Origin: an uncultured Rickettsiales bacterium
GTDB taxonomy: Bacteria > Pseudomonadota > Alphaproteobacteria > Rickettsiales > UBA1997
Length of the DNA: 60,897 bases
Direction of reading: 5' to 3'
Assembly (NCBI GenBank): GCA_944391075.1
Contig: CALXSG010000005.1
Location: 1 to 60,897, forward strand
The position numbers and the translations under genes are program-made. The notes beneath the pieces were generated by a model, which did not search any database, was not told the origin of the DNA, and saw nothing but the letters and a program-made list of their open reading frames with translations. Below, piece after piece: positions 19,701 to 31,523 of this stretch. Numbering within the stretch: position 1 is the stretch's first letter; every line of letters begins with the position of its first letter.

Positions 19701-20280
19701 CATTATCATAATTTAAACTTTCAGCTTTTAATTTTCCATAATAATAACCAGGTGTTTTATCATCTCCTAATTCTTGTTTTAATTTATCAATAGCAGTTTT
19801 CATTTTGCCAGAATCACCTTCTTTTTCTTCGCTTTTTCTTCTGCTAGCCCAACCTCTATGCTTTACTATATGACACAAAATTCTACTTAATTCTATTTCA
19901 TTTAATTTTCTTTCTAATGCTTCTTTTCTTAAAATCCATACATCTTTAAAATCATTTTTATCTAATGTTTTTTTAAAAAATTTATCATCAATTTTAATAT
20001 TAAATTGTTTTTCACATAATTCTCTAATTTTTTTACATCTAGCTGACTTTCTAAATAATCTCCTTCTTCCTAATCTTGCTTCTCTTCTAGGTTCAGCTGA
20101 TGGTGATTTATCTTTTTGATTTTCACACGGATCAAAAATTCTTACACCACAATCAATAATTTTTCCATTTTTAAGAAAAACTTCACCATTATTATTAACA
20201 AAATCCAAATCATCAATCTCGGTAATCGCCCAACCGATACTTGAAATACCTAAGTCTAATCCTAATATTCGTTTTAACAT
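16738..20280 (-). CDS. cas9: Cas9 endonuclease, 1180 aa
   Basis: RuvC-I [13 protein letters not shown], Arg-rich bridge helix [41 protein letters not shown]...NR and RuvC-III [14 protein letters not shown]. There is no csn2 or cas4 in the locus. Confidence 0.95.
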   Translation of the reverse strand: [1180 protein letters not shown]

Positions 20281-20356
20281 ATGTTTTTATATATATTATT
20301 GATATACTATATATAAAAAAGATTATTAAAAATTGCAATATGTTTATTGAAAAGAC

Positions 20357-20386
20357 TTGACTTTAAGAAATTTATATTTTTATAAT
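20357..20386 (+). promoter_or_regulatory. Sigma70-type promoter of the tracrRNA
   Basis: TTGACT (20357-20362), 18-nt spacer, TATAAT (20381-20386). Confidence 0.7.
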
Positions 20387-20392
20387 CTTATT

Positions 20393-20524
20393 GTTTTAAC
20401 ATAGGAAATTAAAACAGCTTGCTATAATAAGAAGAGATTCGTAAGGTCGCCCATCCTTTATCTAACTTTTGGGCTACTATTTTTATTATAGTATTTCAGG
20501 TGAAGTTTTGCTTCACCTTTTTTT
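20393..20524 (+). ncRNA. tracrRNA
   Basis: The anti-repeat TTTTAACATAGGAAATTAAAACAGCTTGCTATAA is complementary to the repeat: an 18-nt perfect block, an internal bulge, then 7 nt. It is followed by AATAAGAAG... and the terminator AGGTGAAG-ttttg-CTTCACCT plus a T run. The 5' end is only estimated from the promoter. Confidence 0.8.
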
Positions 20525-20715
20525 ATGCAATTAATAAATCTTATTGTCCTATTGTGTATTATTTATTTATGTGATTGTGTGTTGATAAATTGTGCCATGA
20601 GTATATGTTGGACAATTTTTAATTAAATTTAAGTTAAAATTAAATTAAAATTAAAATACTAATTAAAATATTAATTAAAAAAATAAAATATAAATGGAGA
20701 AATAGCAAGAAATGT

Positions 20716-20752
20716 AAAAATATAAAAACCACATAATGTGATTTTATGTTGT
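20716..20752 (-). terminator. Probable terminator after ftsK
   Basis: On the - strand: ACAACATAA-aatcaca-TTATGTGGT (one mismatch) followed by TTTTATATTTTT. Confidence 0.45.
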
Positions 20753-20764
20753 GTGTTTTAAATG

Positions 20765-23224
20765 CTAGTCGTCATCATTATCAATTAATATTTCTCTTTT
20801 CCCTGTGTTGCCTGGACTACTTAAAATGCCTTTTCTTTCCATTTCTTCAATGATGTTTGCAGCTTTGTTGTAGCCGATTCTTAATTGTCTTTGAATATAA
20901 CTTATGCTACATTTTTTATCTCTCTTAATAATCGCTAGCGCTTGTTGAAATAATGCTTTGTCTTTATCCCCACCATATGAATCATCATCAAAACTATCAT
21001 TGTCAGCATTATCATCAATATATTCATCACTCTTTAAAACTTCATTTACATAATTAGGTTCAAAACCTTGTGATTTTATGAAATTTACAATTTTTTCAAC
21101 TTCATCATCAGAAACAAATGGTCCATGTGCTCTAATAATTTTTCCACCACCTGCCATAAATAACATATCCCCCATACCTAATAGTTGTTCTGCACCCTGC
21201 TCACCAAGAATTGTTCTACTATCAATTTTTGATACAACTTGAAATGACATTCTAGTAGGGAAGTTAGCCTTAATAACACCAGTAATAACATCAACAGAAG
21301 GCCTTTGTGTAGCCATAATTATATGAATACCAGCAGCTCTTGCTTTTTGTGCAATTCTTTGAATAGATGCTTCTATTTCTTTTCCTGCTGTAATCATTAA
21401 ATCAGCCATCTCGTCAACAATTACCACAATATAAGGCATTTCTTTTGTTTCAATTTCTTTTTCTTCATAAATTGGTTCATCTGTTTCAATATCAAAACCA
21501 GTTTGAACTCTTCTAGTTAACTTAGTACCATTCTTAATAGCATTATTAAGTTTTTCATTATAACCAGCGATATTTCTAACACCTAAACTCGCCATAATTC
21601 TATATCTGTCTTCCATTTCTCTACATACCCATCTTAAAGCTGTAATTGCTTTTGTAGGTTCTGTAACAACCGGAGTTAGTAAATGTGGTATACCTTCATA
21701 AACTGATAATTCAAGCATTTTAGGATCAATCATTATAAATTTACATTGATCCGGAGTCATTTTATATAATAAAGATGTAATCATTGTATTAATAGCAACA
21801 GATTTTCCAGAACCAGTAGTTCCAGCTACAAGTAAATGTGGCATTTTTGCTAAATCATAAACTACTGCATCACCACCAATATCACTACCAATAATTAACG
21901 GCAATTGTGCTTTACTATTTTTATATTCATTAGATTCTAATAAATCTCTAATATAAATTGTTTCTCTTTGTTTATTAGGTAATTCAATACCCATAGCATT
22001 TTTTCCAGGAATAACAGAAATTCTAGCAGAAACAGCACTCATAGATCTAGCAATATCATCCGAAAGTCCAATAACTCTTGAAGATTTAGTACCGGCAGAT
22101 GGTTCAAATTCATGTAATGTAATAATAGGGCCAGCTCTAACATTTAGCATTTCACCCTTAACACCAAAATCCCTTAAAACTTTAATTAATTGTTTTGATT
22201 GTTCTAACAATTCTTCCCTTGATACAGAAATTTTATTATTATTTTTATTTTTTGATAATAAATTTATATTAGGTAGCTTATATTTAACATACTTTCTAAT
22301 ATCTAGTTTATTTTTTTCTACTTCTTTCTTTATATTAACATTTTCATCTTGTTCCTCTATTTTTTCTTCTTTTTCTGTTTTTTTGCCAAATAGACTAAAC
22401 AAAGTTTTATCTTTTTTATTATTTCTTAAATTATCAAAATCTTCATCATCATTACATATTATATCTTGAGTATTTTTATATTGTAATTCACTATGTTTTA
22501 GATTTTCTCCAAGATTTAAATCTTCTTCATCTCTTTCATCATCGATAAATACATATTCACCTTTATTTTTAGTAAAAAATTTAATTAATGAAATTCTAAA
22601 TGATTTTGTGGTAAATAATTTAAATAAGAAAATTATTCCATTTAATGCAAATTTTAAGATTTTTTTAAATAATCTATACATTTTAGCAAAGGTCACTAAC
22701 CACCAATTTTTTCTAATATCAATTAAATATGATAAAGATATCATAAAAATTAAAGAAAATAAAATTGCTATTGAATATTCAGGTGTATCGTAAAAAACAT
22801 AATTAGAAAAGAAACTTCCCAATAAACCACCACATTTATCATTTGCGCAATATTGAGAAATAACAAAATCGTTTAATAAAATTGATGAAGATGCCAAAAC
22901 TCCAATACATGCTAAGATTTTTTGTATTTTATTATAAATAGTTCTATTAAAAATAATTTTAAAACCTAAAATAATAAATAATATAGATAATATTATAGAT
23001 GAAAGTCCTATAAGTTGTAATACTAAATCAGCAAGATATGAACCAAAAGTACCAAGATAATTTTTAATATTTTTATATGTAGAAATATTATTGAAAGAAG
23101 GATCATTCTCATTATATGAAAATACAGAAATACATGTAGCAAATGAAATTAAAATTAAAAATGTTCCAAAAATATAATTTTTAATTTTTATAAACTTATT
23201 AATTTTTTTATCTTTAAACTTCAT
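20765..23224 (-). CDS. ftsK: DNA translocase FtsK
   Basis: N-terminal TM helices, Walker A GTTGSGKSV, VIVDEMADLM, and a C-terminal gamma wHTH (ISYIQRQLRIGYNKAANIIEEME). Confidence 0.95.
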   Translation of the reverse strand: MKFKDKKINKFIKIKNYIFGTFLILISFATCISVFSYNENDPSFNNISTYKNIKNYLGTFGSYLADLVLQLIGLSSIILSILFIILGFKIIFNRTIYNKIQKILACIGVLASSSILLNDFVISQYCANDKCGGLLGSFFSNYVFYDTPEYSIAILFSLIFMISLSYLIDIRKNWWLVTFAKMYRLFKKILKFALNGIIFLFKLFTTKSFRISLIKFFTKNKGEYVFIDDERDEEDLNLGENLKHSELQYKNTQDIICNDDEDFDNLRNNKKDKTLFSLFGKKTEKEEKIEEQDENVNIKKEVEKNKLDIRKYVKYKLPNINLLSKNKNNNKISVSREELLEQSKQLIKVLRDFGVKGEMLNVRAGPIITLHEFEPSAGTKSSRVIGLSDDIARSMSAVSARISVIPGKNAMGIELPNKQRETIYIRDLLESNEYKNSKAQLPLIIGSDIGGDAVVYDLAKMPHLLVAGTTGSGKSVAINTMITSLLYKMTPDQCKFIMIDPKMLELSVYEGIPHLLTPVVTEPTKAITALRWVCREMEDRYRIMASLGVRNIAGYNEKLNNAIKNGTKLTRRVQTGFDIETDEPIYEEKEIETKEMPYIVVIVDEMADLMITAGKEIEASIQRIAQKARAAGIHIIMATQRPSVDVITGVIKANFPTRMSFQVVSKIDSRTILGEQGAEQLLGMGDMLFMAGGGKIIRAHGPFVSDDEVEKIVNFIKSQGFEPNYVNEVLKSDEYIDDNADNDSFDDDSYGGDKDKALFQQALAIIKRDKKCSISYIQRQLRIGYNKAANIIEEMERKGILSSPGNTGKREILIDNDDD

Positions 23225-23350
23225 GGTATTACTTTTTAAATCATATAAATATAATAAATTTTATTACTTTAAAAGCAATAAAATATTTATGATTTATTTT
23301 TAATAAGATATAAAAATATTGAGACATATTTAGTCTCAATATTTAAAAAT

Positions 23351-24133
23351 TTATTTAATATACTTTCTGGCTTCTTCTAATTCTTCTGGTGTATTTACAT
23401 CAGCAGGTGCTTCTTGAATTAATTTCATTTCTTCTTGTGTAATAATTCTAGCTCTAATCACCATACCATCTTCTAATGCTCTTAATTGTTCTAATGATTC
23501 TCTAGCTTCAAGCACACCAACTGGTAAAGATACCATTCTTCTTAATGCATCTGCAGTATAAACATAAATACCAATATGATGATATAAATCTTGATTTTTA
23601 ATTTTATCAGGATCTCTTGTAAAAGGACAATTAGCAGCTCTTGTAAAATATAAAGCTCTTCCTTCTTTTTCACCTTCTCTTAAACCCATAACAATTTTTA
23701 CATTTGTTGGATTATCAGAAGCTTCTTTTGTTTTAAAAACCATACCACAAGTTGCAATATCACAACCACCTTTTTCAACCATTTCTATTAATGGAAGATT
23801 AACTCGTGGATCAACATTTAAACCATCACCTTGAAAATTTACAACTATATCATATTTTTTGCCAGATGGATCAATTTCTTTTAATGCAGCAGCAATTCTA
23901 TCAGTACCAGAAGGCAAAGATGCATCGGTTAAAATAGCGGGTACTCCATATTCTTTACAAGCATCAACTATAACTTGATCACCTGCTGCGACATAAACAT
24001 CACCTTTTATATATTTTTTAACATTTTCGCAAACTATTTGTAAAACTGTTTTTCCATTGATATCTAACAATGGTTTATTTGGCAATCTAGTTGCCTTCAT
24101 TCTAACTGGTATCAATGTAACTACATTTGACAT
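23351..24133 (-). CDS. kdsB: 3-deoxy-manno-octulosonate cytidylyltransferase (CMP-KDO synthetase)
   Basis: IPVRMKATRLPNKPL at the N-terminus, with length and layout typical of KdsB. Confidence 0.85.
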   Translation of the reverse strand: MSNVVTLIPVRMKATRLPNKPLLDINGKTVLQIVCENVKKYIKGDVYVAAGDQVIVDACKEYGVPAILTDASLPSGTDRIAAALKEIDPSGKKYDIVVNFQGDGLNVDPRVNLPLIEMVEKGGCDIATCGMVFKTKEASDNPTNVKIVMGLREGEKEGRALYFTRAANCPFTRDPDKIKNQDLYHHIGIYVYTADALRRMVSLPVGVLEARESLEQLRALEDGMVIRARIITQEEMKLIQEAPADVNTPEELEEARKYIK

Positions 24134-24144
24134 ACTTCTCCTTT

Positions 24145-25062
24145 TTAATTATTAATTAGCTCTTCAAAATAATTTAATAAATTGGTATTGTTTTCTTCAT
24201 CATAAATCTTAAATATTTTTTTATATTGTTCTATTTTAGAATCAACAAAATATTGTATATATTTTTCATTATCTTTATTTTGATTAAGGATTTTTGCAAA
24301 ATCTGCAAATTCTTTTAATCTATTTATAACATCTTTACAATCTTTTTCTGTTCTATGTCCTGTAACTGATGAATTATATCTATTAAAAATTACATTATTT
24401 CCTGAAATACCAATAATTTTAAGTTCATTCACAAAAAATATTCCCATATAAACAAAATCAAAATATTTTTCATTTTCTTCAACATTAATGAATTTTTTAA
24501 AAGTCTTACTATTATATATTTTGACACAACCTAAACTAGTCATTTTTGTGAGATCGTCAAGTTCAAAATATTTTGATTTTTGATATTTTTTTACTAAGTC
24601 TTTTGTTTCTATTTCCGTTTTTAATAAATCGTCATTTTTAGTTTTACCATCATAAAAACCATAAGAAAATTCTAAAATACCAATATCAGTATTAGCATTT
24701 TGCATTAAATTAATTGCATTAGAAATAGTATCATTTTTCATATATTGATCATCAGAATCTAGCTGAAATATAAATGAATTATCATCTACATTATTTTTAA
24801 CATATTTTAATAATTCATTTCTAGCTGTTGCAACACCTTTATGTTCTGTACCACCAATTATAACAATATCTTGTTTTTCATTATCATTTAAAAAATTCAA
24901 AAGACTTTCTTTTTGATCCATTTTATCATCAATATATATAATTAATTTTTTATTTTTATAATCTTGTTGTATAAAACTATTAATAGACTTTTCAAAAAAT
25001 TCTTGTCTAGTTCTATAATATGGCATCAAAATATATGCCATTGCTTCTTCATTGTTTTGCAT
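24145..25062 (-). CDS. Family 2 glycosyltransferase
   Basis: ILMPYYRT...SINSFIQQDY and the QLDSDD (DxD) motif. Confidence 0.65.
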   Translation of the reverse strand: MQNNEEAMAYILMPYYRTRQEFFEKSINSFIQQDYKNKKLIIYIDDKMDQKESLLNFLNDNEKQDIVIIGGTEHKGVATARNELLKYVKNNVDDNSFIFQLDSDDQYMKNDTISNAINLMQNANTDIGILEFSYGFYDGKTKNDDLLKTEIETKDLVKKYQKSKYFELDDLTKMTSLGCVKIYNSKTFKKFINVEENEKYFDFVYMGIFFVNELKIIGISGNNVIFNRYNSSVTGHRTEKDCKDVINRLKEFADFAKILNQNKDNEKYIQYFVDSKIEQYKKIFKIYDEENNTNLLNYFEELINN

Positions 25063-25124
25063 ATTTTTTATATATATTTATTTTTAAAAAACTCTCAATA
25101 AAAAATATTGAGAGTATAGAATAA

Positions 25125-25814
25125 TTATTTCATTGTTGTATTTGTCAACAACCAATCTTTGAATTGATAAATGTTTTCAACTTCTGGAACATCTTTTAGA
25201 TCAGCTGGTGAATCTGTTGTAAATTCACTTCTAAATCTAACTGGATGAACTCCTGCCTTTAAAGCTGAATATATATTATAAATTCTGTCATCAACTAAAA
25301 CAGTTTCTTCTGGTTTAGCACCAACTTTTTTTAGAACTTCTAACATTTTAGCCTCTTTTGTACTTCCGGCATGCATACCAGCTTTATCGTGTTCAACAAC
25401 TTCAATTTTTAAGAAATCAGTTAAATCACCAAGTACTCTTTTTAATAATTCTTTCTTTTTGTCCATATTAAAGCCTGCTGACATAGTCATTTGTAAATAA
25501 CCCATATCATTTAACTCTTTTAAAATTTTTGCAGTTCCTGGATATAATGGTCTATCAAAATAATAATCCTCACTTGCACAAAATTCTTTATCTAATTCTA
25601 CACCAAGGGTTGGATGTGTTTTTAATTCCATAGCACCATATTTTTCTGTATCTAGTGGTAAAGCTTTTGGTAAATCTTTATACTCATATTGTTTAAAATG
25701 ATCTTTAAATTTAGGGTGATTTTTAATAAAACAATAATAAGCATGATTTAAATTTGCTAAAACACCATCAACATCCCAAAAAATATTTTTGATTACAAGT
25801 TTCTTATCTGACAT
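25125..25814 (-). CDS. HAD-superfamily hydrolase
   Basis: The WDVDGVL (DxDG) nucleophile motif near the N-terminus and a late VLVDD motif. Confidence 0.6.
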   Translation of the reverse strand: MSDKKLVIKNIFWDVDGVLANLNHAYYCFIKNHPKFKDHFKQYEYKDLPKALPLDTEKYGAMELKTHPTLGVELDKEFCASEDYYFDRPLYPGTAKILKELNDMGYLQMTMSAGFNMDKKKELLKRVLGDLTDFLKIEVVEHDKAGMHAGSTKEAKMLEVLKKVGAKPEETVLVDDRIYNIYSALKAGVHPVRFRSEFTTDSPADLKDVPEVENIYQFKDWLLTNTTMK

Positions 25815-25927
25815 AAAAATTTATAATATAATTAGACTTAAAATAAGTGTAATATTTATAATAAAAAAGTCAATTTATTTTTCAATATTACAAGAATAAA
25901 TATTTATTCTTGTAATATATTATATTA

Positions 25928-26995
25928 TTAACCAATTGTCATACCTGTTTGTTTTACTGGCTCCTTCTTTCCAGCATTATCAAGTTTTTTACAAGCTTGT
26001 TCAATATATTTTTGTTCTGAACTTGCTTGTATTTCACTAAGTTTTATTCTTTTCATATTAGGACAAACTGCTTGTATAACTTGATCAATTCCTCGTTTTC
26101 TTGTATCAACAGTATCTTGTAGATATTTAGAAAAATCATTTTTAACACTTTCAGTTTTTTCTTCATTCCTTTTAAAGAAATTTTCATAAAATTTTTCTTC
26201 AGTTTTTTCTTCTTTTGCTTTTTGGTATTCCGCATATTGTTCTGGATCTTTTTCTTTCATTAATTGTGATAATTTATTTTTATGATTAGTATATTCGCCA
26301 CTTGAAATAATATATGGAACTTCATCTTTTATCTCTGGTTTTTTAGAATCATATAATTCTGTTCCACTATGACCCTCTAAATAAACCATATTATCTTTTG
26401 ATACATCTAATGTTCTTTGTTGTAATTCCAGTAATGCTTCAGTGCTAGCACCAACTTTTGCACATACAACAAATTTCTTACCATTTGTTGAGACTTTATT
26501 ATCTTCAAAAAACATTTTAGTTGTAGCATTTGCCCATTTAGGCCATACTTTACCATCAATTGTTTCCTTAGTATCTTCGTTACTAACATCCTCTATTTGA
26601 TCTGCAACATATGATAAAGCGGACGATAAAGAACCACTATTTTTTGTTAAACCACCATCTAACTTTGAAGAAAATTTTTCTTTTGGCAATATTTTTTTAT
26701 CTATTCCCAATGTTTCTGTAAAAATATCATATAAAGCATCCATATATTTATCATTTCCTTGACTTAATTGTTTTCTACCATATTGTTCAATATAATTTTG
26801 ATTTATAATAGTACCATTTTGATTTATAGTTCCATCCTTTGCAATATATTGATCATCCTTTTTGCCTTTTTCAACAATAGAGATACTATCTATATCTGTT
26901 AATACAATTACCATTGGCTGTTGTTCAACCTTCTGTGTATTTGTAGCATAACTAGCATTTTCAGTACCAAACGATAATTTTTTAAGACCTTCCAT
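25928..26995 (-). CDS. Hypothetical protein (355 aa)
   Basis: Long ORF with normal composition and no recognised motif. Confidence 0.5.
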   Translation of the reverse strand: MEGLKKLSFGTENASYATNTQKVEQQPMVIVLTDIDSISIVEKGKKDDQYIAKDGTINQNGTIINQNYIEQYGRKQLSQGNDKYMDALYDIFTETLGIDKKILPKEKFSSKLDGGLTKNSGSLSSALSYVADQIEDVSNEDTKETIDGKVWPKWANATTKMFFEDNKVSTNGKKFVVCAKVGASTEALLELQQRTLDVSKDNMVYLEGHSGTELYDSKKPEIKDEVPYIISSGEYTNHKNKLSQLMKEKDPEQYAEYQKAKEEKTEEKFYENFFKRNEEKTESVKNDFSKYLQDTVDTRKRGIDQVIQAVCPNMKRIKLSEIQASSEQKYIEQACKKLDNAGKKEPVKQTGMTIG

Positions 26996-27163
26996 AATAT
27001 CCTCACAAAAAAATTAATAAATATTACATTATAAGATTAAATAATAATATTTATAAATGCTACATTTTTTTTATTTTTTTGCATAATAATATTTTTTAAT
27101 TTTGTACTTGTAAAAATTTTTATAAATACTATATAACACTTATGAATTAATTTATTATTAATA

Positions 27164-27466
27164 ATGAGTGTAAAAGAAATGAAAATCAAACCATTATATG
27201 ATAAAGTTTTAGTAAAAAGAGAAGAGGCAGTACAAAAAACTGCTGGTGGAATTATTATTCCTGACACATCAAAAGAAAAACCATCAATTGGAACTGTTAT
27301 ATCAGTTGGCGATGGTGCTAGAGAACCAAATGGCAAACCAATACCTATGATTTTAAAAGAAGGTGATAAAGTTTTATTCTCAAAATGGGGTGGAACAGAA
27401 GTTCCAGGAGATGATACTTTAATTATCCTAAAAGAGAGTGATGTACTTGGAATTATTCAAGAATAA
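27164..27466 (+). CDS. groES: Co-chaperonin GroES
   Basis: KPLYDKVLVKR...TAGGIIIPD and a ~100-aa length. Confidence 0.95.
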   Translation: MSVKEMKIKPLYDKVLVKREEAVQKTAGGIIIPDTSKEKPSIGTVISVGDGAREPNGKPIPMILKEGDKVLFSKWGGTEVPGDDTLIILKESDVLGIIQE

Positions 27467-27470
27467 TTCC

Positions 27471-27504
27471 AAAATTGAAAATTGAAAATTGAAAATTGAA
27501 AATT
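27471..27504 (+). repeat. (AAAATTG)x4 plus AAAATT heptamer run, left arm of an inverted repeat
   Basis: Its reverse complement matches 33 of 34 nt of the runs at 28001-28034 and 28121-28154. A shorter run lies at 28241-28267. Confidence 0.9.
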
Positions 27505-27507
27505 ATT

Positions 27508-27858
27508 ATGCTTGAATCAGATAATATTATACAAAAAAAGAGTTTTGATTTTGCTTTATTAATTATTGAATTGTATAAGATACTTAATAAAAATAATGAA
27601 TTTATATTATCTAAACAATTATTAAGATCTGGTACAAGCATTGGAGCTAATATTGAAGAAGCATTACAAGCTCAAAGTAAAGCTGATTTTATTTCTAAAC
27701 TTTCAATATCTTTAAAAGAAGGTGTTGAAACTAGATATTGGTTAAAATTATTAAAAGAATCAAAAATTGTGGAATACAATTTTAATGAATATATTTTAAA
27801 AGTAAATGAAATCATAAATATTTTAACCAAAATTATAAAAACATCAAAAGCTAAATAA
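27508..27858 (+). CDS. Four-helix-bundle protein (23S rRNA intervening-sequence protein / Avd family)
   Basis: SKQLLRSGTSIGANIEEA...KADFISKLSISLKEGVETRYWLKLL matches the family signature (QL.RS..SI.ANI.EG ... KE..ET.YWL). The ATG at 27508 is preferred over the TTG at 27496. Confidence 0.75.
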   Translation: MLESDNIIQKKSFDFALLIIELYKILNKNNEFILSKQLLRSGTSIGANIEEALQAQSKADFISKLSISLKEGVETRYWLKLLKESKIVEYNFNEYILKVNEIINILTKIIKTSKAK

Positions 27859-27915
27859 TTTTTATTTTTAATTATTAAATTTTCAAATTTATAGTTTATT
27901 TTATTATTTTATTAA

Positions 27916-29952
<2,037 letters not shown>

Positions 29953-29977
29953 TCAAAAAATACTAAAAAAAATTAAA

Positions 29978-30007
29978 AGAGGGACAATTTTTATCCCTCT
30001 TTTTTTA
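29978..30007 (+). terminator. Rho-independent terminator after groEL
   Basis: AGAGGGA-caatttttа-TCCCTCT region (stems at 29978-29984 and 29994-30000) followed by TTTTTTT. Confidence 0.75.
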
Positions 30008-30125
30008 TTATAATTGTCAAATTAATAAATTTAAGAAAAAATACTATTAATATTAATTAATATAAATGTTGACAACTAAAAATAATTGATTTAAAAAGTT
30101 TATTAAGATAATTTTATTTTTTGTT

Positions 30126-31523
30126 ATGTGTGCAACCATTAGTAAAAAAGCTAGCTTAAAAACCACTCAAGGTGATTTTGAGTATAAAGTAGAATCAAGA
30201 AAAAATTATTTTGATTCTGGCGAAATAAAAGTCCTTAAAAATTTTTCAATTGATAATGGAATCTTAGTGATATATTATACGCCTAAAACATATTGTTTTG
30301 GGGCTGTTTTATTTGATAAAAAGACAAATGAAATAATTTACAGAACAGCTAATCCATTTTTTAAAAATGAATTACCTTTAAGTGGTATTAATATAAAATT
30401 AGAAAATAATATCATTAAAATTTCTTTTAAGAAAAATGATGAAAAAGAAGAATGGGAATTTTCTATTGATTATATTTTAGGAAAAGTAGATAAAAATATA
30501 GATCAAAAAACTGAAATAATAAAATGTATTATTGAAAAATCAACTACAAACCCAATTATAGCACCTATTACACAAAATATTTGGGAATCTTGTGGTACAT
30601 TTAACCCTGCTATTGTTAATATAGATGGTAATATTTATATTTTATATAGAGCCGTTGGTGGTGATGGTGGTTCTGTTATTGGTTATGCTTTAAGTAAAAA
30701 TGGTATAACAATAGATGAAAGATTGTCTTATCCTATATATAAACCAACAGGTGAGTTTGAACTTAGAGTTAGTAAAATGTCGCAACCACTATTTCCATAT
30801 AGTTCTGGTGGTGGATATGATTGTTGGGGTGGTTGTGAAGATCCTAGAATTACAAAAATAGATGATACACTTTATATGATTTATACAGCATTTAATGGTA
30901 TTCATCCACCTTGTGTTGCAATGACATCTATTAAAGTTCAAGATTTTTTAAATAAAGATTGGAGTAAATGGAAAAAACCAATTTTGCTTTCACCTAAAAA
31001 TCAAATGCATAAAAATTGGGTTATTTTTCCTGAAAAAATAAATGGAAAATATGCAATTTTGCATAGTATTACACCTGATATACAAATTGCATATTTAGAT
31101 AGTTTAGATTTTCAAGAAAGTCCTGCTATTCAAAGTAAATATGTACAAGTGAAGAATAAAGGTGTATGGGATACTGTTATTAGAGGTGTGGGACCTACTC
31201 CATTAAAAATCGATGAAGGTTGGTTGGTTTTTTATCATGCAATAAATGAGAAAGAACCTGCTAAATATAAAATTGGCGCAATGATTCTTGATTATAAAAA
31301 CCCTACAAAAATTTTATATAAATCAACATTTCCTATTATTGAACCTGATCAAAAATATGAAAATGAAGGTTGTAAAGGCGGAATAGTTTATACTTGTGGT
31401 GCTACTATAAAAGATGATAATTTAATTTTGTATTATGGTGGTGCTGATACAGTAGTTTGTGTTGCAAGTTGCAACTTGAAAAAATTTGTTCAACAAATAA
31501 AGGATAATAATGGTAAAATTTAG
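30126..31523 (+). CDS. GH130-family (DUF377) glycoside phosphorylase/hydrolase-like protein with a ~140-aa N-terminal extension
   Basis: FNPAIV..DG.IYILYRAVG, GCEDPRITKIDDTLYMIYTAFNG and YYGGADTVVCVA. The start codon is uncertain. Confidence 0.65.
   Translation: MCATISKKASLKTTQGDFEYKVESRKNYFDSGEIKVLKNFSIDNGILVIYYTPKTYCFGAVLFDKKTNEIIYRTANPFFKNELPLSGINIKLENNIIKISFKKNDEKEEWEFSIDYILGKVDKNIDQKTEIIKCIIEKSTTNPIIAPITQNIWESCGTFNPAIVNIDGNIYILYRAVGGDGGSVIGYALSKNGITIDERLSYPIYKPTGEFELRVSKMSQPLFPYSSGGGYDCWGGCEDPRITKIDDTLYMIYTAFNGIHPPCVAMTSIKVQDFLNKDWSKWKKPILLSPKNQMHKNWVIFPEKINGKYAILHSITPDIQIAYLDSLDFQESPAIQSKYVQVKNKGVWDTVIRGVGPTPLKIDEGWLVFYHAINEKEPAKYKIGAMILDYKNPTKILYKSTFPIIEPDQKYENEGCKGGIVYTCGATIKDDNLILYYGGADTVVCVASCNLKKFVQQIKDNNGKI

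Noticed and set aside
15442-20280. Classification of the CRISPR-Cas locus as type II-A or II-B.
   Set aside because: No csn2 or cas4 ORF lies between or next to cas9, cas1, cas2 and the array. The repeat design also matches the II-C style.
27037-27163. A CIRCE (HrcA) operator or a clear sigma32 promoter upstream of groES.
   Set aside because: No TTAGCACTC-N9-GAGTGCTAA-like inverted repeat is present. Only a weak CTTGTAA ... ACTATATA resemblance to a heat-shock promoter is seen, which is not enough to call.
27496-27858. Whether the four-helix-bundle gene marks a diversity-generating retroelement, since Avd proteins belong to this family. The adenine-related mutation signature elsewhere in the window made this tempting.
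   Set aside because: The window contains no reverse transcriptase gene and no template/variable repeat pair. The T->C tracts are kilobase-scale transitions, not A-to-N changes confined to a short variable repeat.
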